From Squalus acanthias (Eukaryota), in assembly GCA_030390025.1 (NCBI GenBank), contig CM059432.1, forward strand, positions 104,658,001-104,722,000: a DNA stretch of 64,000 bases, written 5' to 3'. The translations under genes were made by a program, and so were the position numbers. Under the pieces are notes generated by a model that was not told where the DNA came from, searched no databases, and was given only the letters and a program-made list of their open reading frames with translations. Below are positions 24,312 to 34,349 of the stretch, one piece after another; the first letter of the stretch is position 1; the number at the start of each line of letters is the position of its first letter.

Positions 24312-25070
24312 TCACAGGCTGTTGTCGGGAGCGGAGAGAGCAGCAGCACAGTGAGTAGTTAAACTCACTTTCGCGGGCTTTTTTTGCAGAGGCCAGTGTC
24401 GGGAGCGGAGAGAGCAGCAGCACAGTGAGTAGTTAAACTCACTTTCGCGGGCTTTTTTTGCAGAGGCCAGTGTCGGGAGCGGAGAGAGCAGCAGCACAGT
24501 GAGTAGTTAAACTCACTTTCGCGGGCTTTTCTTTCACAGGCTGTTGTCGGGAGCGGAGAGAGCAGCAGCACAGTGAGTAGTTAAACTCACTTTCGCGGGC
24601 TTTTTTTGCAGAGGCCAGTGTCGGGAGCGGAGAGAGCAGCAGCACAGTGAGTAGTTAAACTCACTTTCGCGGGCTTTTTTTGCAGAGGCCAGTGTCGGGA
24701 GCGGAGAGAGCAGCAGCACAGTGAGTAGTTAAACTCACTTTCGCGGGCTTTTTTTGCAGAGGCCAGTGTCGGGAGCGGAGAGAGCAGCAGCACAGTGAGT
24801 AGTTAAACTCACTTTCGCGGGCTTTTTTTGCAGAGGCCAGTGTCGGGAGCGGAGAGAGCAGCAGCACAGTGAGTAGTTAAACTCACTTTCGCGGGCTTTT
24901 CTTTCACAGGCTGTTGTCGGGAGCGGAGAGAGCAGCAGCACAGTGAGTAGTTAAACTCACTTTCGCGGGCTTTGTTTGCAGAGGCCAGTGTCGGGAGCGG
25001 AGAGAGCAGCAGCACAGTGAGTAGTTAAACTCACTTTCGCGGGCTTTTCTTTCACAGGCTGTTGTCGGGA
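24312..25070 (+). repeat. Tandem array of a 74-bp unit, 10 full copies plus a partial, with two unit variants
   Basis: GTCGGGA recurs at 24324, 24398, 24472, 24546, 24620, 24694, 24768, 24842, 24916, 24990, 25064. Variant A (TTTCTTTCACAGGCTGTT) and variant B (TTTTTTTGCAGAGGCCAGT) occur in the order A B B A B B B B A B A. Confidence 0.97.
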
Positions 25071-25523
25071 GAGACGAGACCGGAAGCGGACCAGGTGGGA
25101 AGCACCCAGGTGAGCGGCATTTAAGGAGGGTGGTGGCTTAAACCCGAGTTCCTACAGAGTAGGAACCCCCACCCGCCCTCCTCCTCTAACCTACTAGTCT
25201 TTTAGCAGTCTAAAAACAGAGGTCACACATTTTTTGGTCTCAGTTTCTTTTCAGCAGGGCAGGAACCGGGAGGAGCGGGAAGCCGGCGTAGGACCAAGGG
25301 GACACAAGACCGGGAAGTCAGCGAAAGACCAGGCAGGTAAGACTAACTGGTAAGTACTTTCCTCAAACCTTCCTAGAAAGTAAAACTAAAACTAGTGGGA
25401 TTTGGTTAGTTAAAAAGGAATAAGAGGAGTACAGTATACATTGGTCTAAGTAAGCTTCGGGAAAACAAAAGTCAATAAATAAACTAAAACTAGAAAATTA
25501 AAAAGTAATATAAGGGTTAAGTC

Positions 25524-26470
25524 ATGGCAGTAGAGCTCGGACCTGTGTCATGCTCCTCCTGTAACATGTGGGAAATCAGGGACGCTTCCTGTGTCCCTGA
25601 CAACCATGTGTGCGGGAAGTGTGTCCAGCTGCAGCTCATGTGGGACCGCATGACGGCCCTTGAGCTGCGGATGGACTCACTTTGGAGCATCCACGATTCT
25701 GAGAGGGTTGTGGATAGCACATTTAGTGAGTTGGTCACACCGCAGGTTAAGGCCAGCGTAGATAGTACATGGGTGACCAAAAGGCAGAGCAAGGGCAGGA
25801 AGGTAGTGCAGAAATCCCCTGGGGTTGTCTCCCTTAGCAACAGGTTCACCGCCTTAGGTGCTGTTGTCGGGGGGGATGACTCATCGGGGAAGGCACCAGC
25901 AGCCAGGCTCATGGCACCATGACTGGCTCTGTTGCAAAGAAGGGAGGGAAAAAGAGTGGCAGGGCTATAGTAATAGGGGATTCGATTGTAAGGGGAATAG
26001 ATAGGGGTTTCTGTGGTCGCGACCGAGACTCCAGGATGGTATGTTGCCTCCCTGGTGCAAGGGTCAAGGATGTCTCGACGCGGGTGCAGAACATTCTGGA
26101 GGGGGAGGGGGAACAGCCAGTTGTCGTGATACATGTTGGTACCAACGACGTAGCTAAAAAAAGGGAAGAGGTCCTACAAGTAGAATTTAGGGAGTTAGGA
26201 GCCAAGCTAAAAAGTAGGACCTCGAAGGTAGTAATCTCTGGATTACTACCAGTGCCACGTGCTAGTAAGAGTACAGAGAACAGGATAGTTAGGCTAAATA
26301 CGTGGCTTGAGCAGTGGTGTAAGAGGGAGGGTTTTAAATTTTTGAGGCATTGGAACCAGTTTTGTGGTAGGTGTGACCTATACAAAAGGGACGGTCTACA
26401 CCTGTGCAAAGATGGAACTGATGTTCTCGGGGTAATTTTTGATAAAGCAGTTCGGGAGCATTTAAACTAG
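25524..26470 (+). CDS. CR1 ORF1 (zinc finger/leucine zipper plus SGNH esterase), one 1-bp frameshift at ~25886
   Basis: CSSCNMW...CGKC; VIGDSIVR, CLPGA, IHVGTND, DGLHL. Confidence 0.88.
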
Positions 26471-29411
26471 TATGGCAGGGGGCTAGAAACCTATGTAGTG
26501 AAATAGAGGAAAGTGAAAGGCAGACAGAAATAAATGGTAAAAGGGCGAGGAACAAAAAACAAAGGGCCAAACTAATTCATAAAAAATGTGAGCATAAAAA
26601 AAGCCTGAGGGTTTTATACCTTAATGCGAGAAGCATCAGGAACAAGGTAGATGAATTAGCTGTGGAAATAGAGGTTAATAATTATGATCTAATTGGGATT
26701 ACGGAAACATGGTTGCAGGGTGAGCAGGGCTGGGAGCTTAACATACAGGGGTATTCAGTATTTAGGAAGGATCGACAAAAAAGAAAGGGAGGAGGGGTAG
26801 CATTGCTGGTAAAAGAGGGGATAAATGCAATTGAAAGGAAGGATATTAACTCAGTTAATACAGAATCTATATGGGTGGAGCTAAGAAATAGCGAGGGGCG
26901 AAAAACATTAATAGGAGTGGTATATAGGCCTCCAAATAGTAAAATAGAGGTTGGGGAGGGCATCACGAGGGAAATTAGAGAAGCGTGCAATAAGAGCACA
27001 GCTGTCATCATAGGTGACTTTAACTTACATATAGATTGGAATAGCCTAATCAGTAAAAATAATGAGGAGGAGGAATTCCTTGAGTGTTTAAGGGATGGTT
27101 ATCTGGATCAATATGTCGAGGAACCAACTCGGGAACAGGCTATATTGGACTGGGTACTGTGCAATGAGAAGGGACTAATTAGTAATCTTGTTGTACGGGG
27201 ACCCTTGGGTCAGAGCGATCATAACATGATCGATTTCTCACTCGAAATGGAGAGCGAAGAAATTGACTCAGAGACTAAGGTCCTGAATTTAAACAAGGGG
27301 AATTATGATGCCATTAGACGGGAACTGAGTAGGTCTGATTGGACAACATTCCTGGGAGGACTGGAGGTAGATAAACAATGGCAAGCATTTAAAGATAGAA
27401 TGACAAAATTGCAAAAATTGTTTATACCAATCTGGCATAAAAGGAAATCTAAAAAGGTGACTCAACCGTGGATAACAGGGGAAATTAGAGACAGCATAAA
27501 ATCCAACGATAGGGCGTATAAAATAGCCAAAAAAGCGCCAGAGCGGAAGATTGGGAACAGTTTAAGATAGAGCAAAGGAGGACAAAGGGCTTAATCAAGA
27601 GGGGCAAAATAGCTTACGAAAGCAAGCTGGCGGAAAATATAAAAACTAACTCCAAAAGCTTTTATAAGTATATCAAGAGGAAAAGACTGGTGAAAACCAA
27701 AGTTGGCCCATTGCAGTCAGATACGGGGGAATATATAACGGGAAATAAGGAAATGGCAGACCAACTAAATGCATACTTTGGGTCAGTCTTTACGAAGGAA
27801 GACACAAAAAACCTCCCTGGGATATCGGGAAAAATAGGGACATTGGCAAAGGAGGAACTGACGCAAATCAATATCTCTAAGGATATGGTGTTAAGGAAGC
27901 TAAAGGGATTGAAGGCGGACAAATCCCCAGGGCCTGATAACATGCATCCTAGGGTACTGAAGGAGGTGGCCCTAGAGATAGCGGATGCACTAAGTATGAT
28001 TTTTCAGAATTCATTAGACTCGGGAACAGTGCCCATGGATTGGAGGGTAGCTAACGTTACCCCACTATTCAAAAAGGGGGGTAGGGAAAAAGCAGGTAAT
28101 TACAGACCTGTAAGCCTTACATCAGTTGTGGGCAAAATGCTGGAGTCCATCATTAAGGATGAAATAGCGGAGCACTTAGCAAATGGGGACAGGATAGGAC
28201 AGAGTCAACATGGATTTACAAAGGGTAAATCGTGCTTGACTAATCTATTGGAATTTTTTGAGGGAGTAACTGGTAAAATAGATGGGGGAGAGCCAGTAGA
28301 TGTGGTGTACCTGGACTTCCAAAAGGCCTTCGATAAGGTCCCACATAAAAGATTAGCAGGGAAAATTGAAGCTCATGGGATAAAGGGGAAAGTATTGACG
28401 TGGATAGAGAACTGGCTGTCAGATAGAAAACAGAGAGTTGGAATAAACGGCTCATTTTCTGAATGGCAGGCAGTAACAAGTGGGGTACCACAGGGATCTG
28501 TCCTGGGTCCCCAGCTGTTCACAATTTACATTAATGACCTGGATCAGGGAGTCGGATGCAGCATTTCCAAATTTGCAGACGACACTAAACTAGGAGGGGG
28601 GGTGGGCTCAGAGGAGGAGACCAGGAAGCTCCAGAGCGATTTGGACAGACTGGGTGATTGGGCGGATAAATGGCAGATGCACTATAATGTGGACAAGTGC
28701 GAAGTTATCCACCTTGGGTGCAGGAACGGGAGGGCAAATTATTATTTAAATGGCAATAAATTGGGAGAGGGGGAAGTACAGAGAGACCTGGGTGTTCTTG
28801 TACACCAGTCACTGAAGGCGAGCATGCAGGTGCAACAGGCGGTCAAGAAGGCAAACGGTATGCTGGCCTTCATAGCAAAAGGGTTGGAATACAGGAACAG
28901 GGATACCTTGCTGCAGCTGTACAGGGCACTGGTGAGACCACACCTCGAGTACTGTGTACAGTTTTGGTCGCCTCATCTGAGGAAAGATGTTCTTGCCATG
29001 GAGGGGGTGCAGCGGCGATTCACCAGGCTGATACCAGGAATGGCGGGATTGACCTATGAGGAGAGACTATGTAGTTTAGGGATGTACACACTGGAGTTTA
29101 GAAAATTGAGAGGGGACCTCATAGAAGTGTATAAAATTCTGACAGGTCTAGACAGACTAGATGCAGAAGGAATGTTTCCCTTGGCGGGTGAGAACAGAAC
29201 TAGAGGACATAATTTAAGGATAAGGGCTAAACCATTTAGGACAGAAATGAGGGGGAATTTCTTCACTCAGAGGGTGGTGAACCTGTGGAACTCATTGCCA
29301 CAGAGGGCAGTGTACGCCAGCTCATTAAATATATTTAAGAGGGAATTAGATATATTTCTACAGGCAAAAGGGGTTAAGGGTTACGGAGAGAAGGCGGGGA
29401 CGGGATACTGA
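26461..29411 (+). CDS. CR1 ORF2 (AP endonuclease plus RT), one 1-bp frameshift at ~27529-27534
   Basis: The frame is open from 26461. YLNARSIRNK, GITETW, VYRPP, GDFN, SDH; NYRPVSLTS, SGVPQGSVLGP, KFADD. Confidence 0.92.
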
Positions 29412-29535
29412 ATTGGAGGATCAGCCATGATCTCATTAAATGGCGGAGCAGGCTCGAAGGGCCGGATGGCCTACTCCTGCTCCTATCTTCTATGTATCTA
29501 TGTATCTATGTATAATGCAATGGCCAGGATCCTTA

Positions 29536-30420
29536 GGGGTAAAAATTCAGTTGGTTGCGCCTCCCGTTAGCGCCTTAAGAGGGCGCTAATGGGGCGCAAA
29601 GCCGCTAACGCCCGGGCGCAGCGATGTTTGCGCCGCTCGGGAACTTAACTAGAGATTGTGCGGCGGCGCTAAACTTTACCGCTGCGACCACCTGCGCGCG
29701 CAGATTGTGACGTCATTCCATGGTGCAACGCCCTTGTGGCGCCCCGGAGCGGAAATTGAGTGGCGCCCCCTGCCTTACCGCCTGGCGCATCCAACGACCA
29801 GAAGACTGGAACGCTATCAATCGCTGGGGGGGGCGCTATTTAAAGGGGGCCTCTTCCTGTCTTTTATTGTTGGTGGCATTTTTGAACTACGCATTCTGAG
29901 AGAGAGAGGGAGAGACTTCTGGAGAGATTCAACGTTGTGTGAAGGAGTTTTGGGTACTGAGCAGCACTTTGCAGGTTCATTTTGATTTGCCATTCCTTGT
30001 ATCGATTTAGCAGAGACTGTGGGAGCTGCACTCTGAGCTCTTTGCCTGGTACTCTCCATTGTTCTTTCCAGCACGTTTGATGTGCAAGTCTCTCCAGGCC
30101 GAGATTCAAGGCTGCAATGAACAGGTTGTGGATGGAAAGCAAGATTAACCATCCCCTTTAAGAACTGGCCCGTGCCATTGTGTGTGTGTTCCATTGCTGA
30201 CTGACATTACATGAGCTTCGCCAGCGCTCTGAGTTAGCGCCTCACTGCTCGGCCTTTGCGCCTTAAGACAGGTGTGCAGCGCCTGCTTTAGCGCTCCACT
30301 CACCTCCCGGGGCGGTAAAAGTGAAGTTTCCAGTCAGTGCCGATAATTAGCGGCAGGCGCTAATATTTGCGTCCAGACGATATTTGCGCCCCAAATGGGG
30401 CGCGACCTAATTTCTACCCC
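29536..30420. mobile_element. Non-autonomous Harbinger element (885 bp), copy 1
   Basis: TIRs GGGGTAAAAATT / AATTTCTACCCC flanked by TTA on both sides; near-identical to 43619-44511. Confidence 0.9.
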
Positions 30421-31271
30421 TTAATGTTATTATCTGGGCTATCACCAATCCCAACTAAAATAATCTAACCCATGGGTGTAACTCCACACCATTCATGATT
30501 TCCTAGTTTCTTAATTGCCTGTTCTATTTGTTTATGATTTTGCAGCATATGCGAGGTTCTCGTTCTGTAGATTATGGATTTCAAACTGAGGGATAGAGGG
30601 GGTATATAATGTCAATTGTGTGAGGTTGCTTTAATCATCCCATTCTCTAAAACCTTCTCACTTGTAGGTGGGTCACATTATGATGGTGTACCAGCACCAA
30701 TGTTTTATCGATTTGGGTTTTTCCCAGCTGGAAACACACAGAATGAATGTATGGGCCGTCTTGCTAATCCAACAGTCATAAAAGCAGCTGTGGTGGTCAC
30801 ACAGTATCTTTCCTTGCCTTTGTAGGCTATATTAGTCCATCCCTCTTCCCAGAGTCTTTGACTCATCTTACAATTGGGTGATTTCTCATCAATTATGAAG
30901 CCGCAGGCTGGAGTGGTATGTTTTCATACCACATTACACCTACAAACTCAAGTGGACCCGTTAGGGTACAGCACTCTATGTCCGGTGCTATCCAAGTTCC
31001 AGCGTTCTTTATCAGATGGCTTGGGTATTCTTCATATTGTTTATGTATTGGGCCTATTCCAAAGTCTTTACTCACTTCGATAGACTCTACTGGGTACACT
31101 TCCCAAGGTTGACTCCCATTCTTTGCTAACAATAGTGCCAGTACCAGCGGTAGGATTTCCTCATCCCCGCCCTCACTTCAGAGGGCCAAAAATGCCATTC
31201 CCATCTGGCGCATCATATTATAGTCTATATCGTGGTTTCTTTGAACCATTTTCTACCCTACGTAAACTTTA

Positions 31272-31793
31272 GGTGATCCAAAACTCGGCTGCCCGAGTCC
31301 TAACTCGCACCAAGTCCCGTTCGCCCATCACCCCATCTGCTCGCTGACCTACATTGGCTCTCGGTTAAGCAACACCTCGATTTCAAAATTCTCATCCTTG
31401 TTTTCAAATCCCTCCATGGCCTCGCCCCTTCCTATCTCTGTAATCTCCTTCAGCCCCACAACCCCCCCAAGATATCTGCGCTCCTCTAATTCTGCCCTCT
31501 TGAGCATCCCTGATTATAATCGCTCAATCATTGGTGGCCGTGCCTTCGGTTACCTAGGCCCTAAGCTCTGGAATTCCCTGACTAAACCTCTCCGCCTCGC
31601 TACCTCTCTTTCCTACTTTAAGACGCTCCTTAAAACCTATCTCTTTGACCAAGCTTTTGGTCACCTGCCCTAATTTATCCTTATGTGGCTCGGTGTCAAA
31701 TTTTTTGTCTTTTAATACCCCTGTGAAGCGCCTTGGGATGTTTTACTATGTTAAAGGCGCTATATAAATACAAGCTGTTGTTGTTGTTGTTTT
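31272..31793 (+). mobile_element. L2-clade LINE 3' fragment
   Basis: Homologous to 7320-7822; (GTT)n tail. Confidence 0.85.
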
Positions 31794-32323
31794 CTCAGTT
31801 GTTCTTCTTGAATTAACAAAGGGATTTGATTACCCTCTAGGTTGTCCAGTCCCTTCTGTACCACATTCATCACAAATGTTGCATAGAGGCGACACACAAT
31901 ACCTCTAGTAAGGTCTTGATTCTGGTTAGCCTCATTGTTTGCCAATAATTATTTTAATTGCCACTTCATTACCTCATCGTGTTCCCACATACTTTCTATA
32001 TCTATTCTGTTTACTCCTGCTAACCTTGCCGTGGTTCCTATTCCTAGCCATTCTGTCAGCCCTCTCTTTCTTTGCGATTTAAACTGATTCTCCTTATGTT
32101 CCCCATCTTCCTCAGCCCTTGGCTCCTGTTTTCTATTCTTTACTAACACACCCTTTACTAATTCTCCTACCATTTTGTCTATTAATTGTGAATAACTCCC
32201 TTCTCGATGACAGATTCAAGCTCATGTTTAACACAACCGGTACAATTTCAAAACGCACATCGAAGCTAAATTAACCGAGTTCCATATGTCAACATGGATA
32301 TGCTAATATTGGAGATTAGTCGG

Positions 32324-32775
32324 AACATAGAAACATAGAAACATAGAAACTAGGAGCAGGAGTAGGCCATTCGGCCCGTCGAGCCTGCTCCACCATTCAA
32401 TACGATCATGGCTGATCATCCAAATCCAGTACCCTGTCCCTGCTTTCTCACACAGAATCCCCATCGAGCCTGCACCGACACATATCCCACCCTATCCCCG
32501 TAACCCCACATATTTAATTCCCCCTAACATATCCCATCCTATCCCCGTAACCCCACATATTTAATCCCCCCCTAACACTAAGGGTCAATTTATCATAGCC
32601 AAATCAACCTAACCCGCACATTTTTGGACTGTGGGAGGAAACCGGAGCACCCGGAGAAAACCCACGCAGACACGGGGAGAATGTGCAAACTCCACACAGA
32701 CAGTCACCCGGGGCCAGATTCGAACCCGGGTCCCTGGCGCTGTGAGGCACCAGTGCTAACCACTATGCCACCGTG
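32324..32775 (-). mobile_element. V-SINE (HE1-like): tRNA-derived head, V-domain, CR1-type 3' tail
   Basis: The minus strand starts CACGGTGGCATAGTGGTTAGCAC...GGTTCGAATC (A/B boxes). V-domain GGAGGAAACCGGAGCACCCGG..AAACCCACGCAGAC on +; (TTTCTATG)n tail; internal ~50-bp duplication. Confidence 0.85.
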
Positions 32776-32788
32776 TTGAACAATAGGT

Positions 32789-32913
32789 ATGATGCGGAGA
32801 TGCTGGTGTTGGACTGGGGTGGACAAAAGTGAGAAGTCGCACAACACCAGGTTATAGTCCAACAGCTTTTGGATTTGAAATCACAAGCTTTTGGAGCGCT
32901 GCTCCTTCGTCAG
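32789..32913 (-). mobile_element. Short Penelope-terminal-repeat-like insertion with a degenerate hammerhead core
   Basis: 11-bp direct repeat GAACAATAGGT (32778-32788 / 32914-32924). Minus strand reads CTGACGA-A-GGAGC-AGC-GCTCC-AAAA. Confidence 0.65.
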
Positions 32914-33144
32914 GAACAATAGGTGAGTAAAAGAAGCAGATGAGTCAGTAACATCTCATGTGAGGTGTTAATAGCAGTTTGGCCAGAACAACAGAGGCAA
33001 TTATGCTTTCTGCGCATCATGTGATATGACTCACCTTAAAGCCCAACACCTACGGAAGCCAAGCTTGATCACCTTGTGTCGACCTCTCTCTTGTCCTCTG
33101 AGAACATCCTGAAAACCCACCTCTTTGACCAAGCCTTTGATCAC

Positions 33145-34229
33145 AGAATCATAGAAATTTACAGCACAGAAGGAGGCCATTCAGCCCATCTTGTCCGTGC
33201 CAGCTGACAAAGAGCTATCCACCCTAATCCCACTTTCCAGCACTTGGTCCATAGCCTTGTAGGTTATGCCACTTCAAGTGCATATCCAAGTACTTTTTAA
33301 ATGTGATGAGGGTCCCTGCCTCTACCACCCTTTCAGGCAGTGAGTTCCAGACCCCCACCACCCTCTGGGTGAAACAATTTCTCCTCAAATCCCCTCTAAA
33401 CCTCCGACCAATTACTTTAAATCTATGCCCCCTGGTTATTGACCCTTCTGCTAAGGGAAATAGGTCCTTCCTATCCACTCTATCTAGGCCCCTCATAATT
33501 TTATACACCTCAATTAAGTCTCACCTCAGCCTCTTCTGTTCCAAAGAAAACAACCCCAGCCTATCCAATCTTTCCTCATAGCTAAAATTCCCCAGCCCAG
33601 GCAACATCCTCGTAAATCTGCTCTGCACCCCCTTCTAGTGCAATCACATCCTTCCTGTAATGTGGTGACCAGAACTGCACGCAGTATTCTAGCTGCGACC
33701 TAACTAGTGTTTTATACAGTTCAAGCATAACCTCTCTGCTCTTATATTCTATGCCTTGGCTAATAAAGGCAAGTATCCCGTATGCCTTCTTAACCACGTT
33801 ATCTACCTGTCCTGCTACCTTCAGGGATCTGTGGACATGCACTCCAAGATCCCTCTGATCTTCTGCACTTCTCAGTGTCCTACAATTTATCGTGTATTCC
33901 CTTGCCTTGTTAGCCCTCCCCAAATGCATTACCTCACACTTCTCCAGATTGATTCCATTTGCCACTGTTCTGCCCAGCTGACCAGTCCACTGATATCTTC
34001 CTGCAGTCTGCAGCTTTCTTCTTCATTATCAACCATATGGCCAATTTTTGTATCATCTGCAAACTTCTTAATCATACTTCCTACATTCAAGTCCAAATCA
34101 TTGATATATACCACAAAAAGCAAAAGACCCACTACTGAGCCTTACGGAACCCCACTGGAAACAGCCTTCCAGTCACAAAAACACCCTTCGACCATTACCC
34201 TTTGTTTCCTGCCTCTGAGCCAATTTTCT
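33145..34229 (-). mobile_element. CR1 3' fragment inserted into an L2 3' end
   Basis: Minus-strand RT C-terminal motifs. The L2 tail is split between ~33105-33144 and ~34230-34345. Confidence 0.88.
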
Positions 34230-34349
34230 TAATATCCCCTTCTTTGACTCTGTGTACATTTGCACCTGATCAGTGATCACGCCTCTGTGAAGCGCCTTGG
34301 GGTATTTTTCCATGTTAATGGTGCTATACAAATGCAAGTTATTCTGAAT

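Larger units (their letters stand above)
24312..29512 (+). mobile_element. Full-length CR1 LINE (~5.2 kb): tandem-array 5' UTR, ORF1, ORF2, 3' UTR
   Basis: Contiguous array, UTR, ORF1 (zinc finger plus SGNH esterase), ORF2 (APE plus RT), CR1 3' UTR and (TCTATGTA)n tail. No target-site duplication found. Confidence 0.93.
24020..32325 (-). pseudogene. Degraded viral fusion glycoprotein (F-like env) gene, split by CR1, MITE and L2 insertions
   Basis: Minus-strand pieces in order: FEIVPVVLN; YSQLIDKMVGEL; RKR|GLTEWLGIGTTARLAGVNRIDIE; heptad region; IVCRLY..EGNQIP; WEVYPVESIEV; WIAPDIECC; VCRCN; CGF; YKGKERYCVTT; FCVFP; then, beyond the CR1, DIENIRKSK...IWNSVNS. Confidence 0.65.

Noticed and set aside
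24232..25015. Series of 61-68 aa minus-strand ORFs (MLLLSPLPT...)
   Set aside because: By-products of the 74-bp periodicity, with non-ATG starts.
24312..25070. CRISPR-like repeat/spacer array next to a reverse transcriptase
   Set aside because: The variable part has only two recurring variants rather than unique spacers, there are no cas genes, and the context is a vertebrate LINE 5' UTR.
29656..30194. ORFs inside the Harbinger MITEs (also 43733-44285)
   Set aside because: No transposase or Myb motifs; their similarity between copies simply reflects recent duplication.
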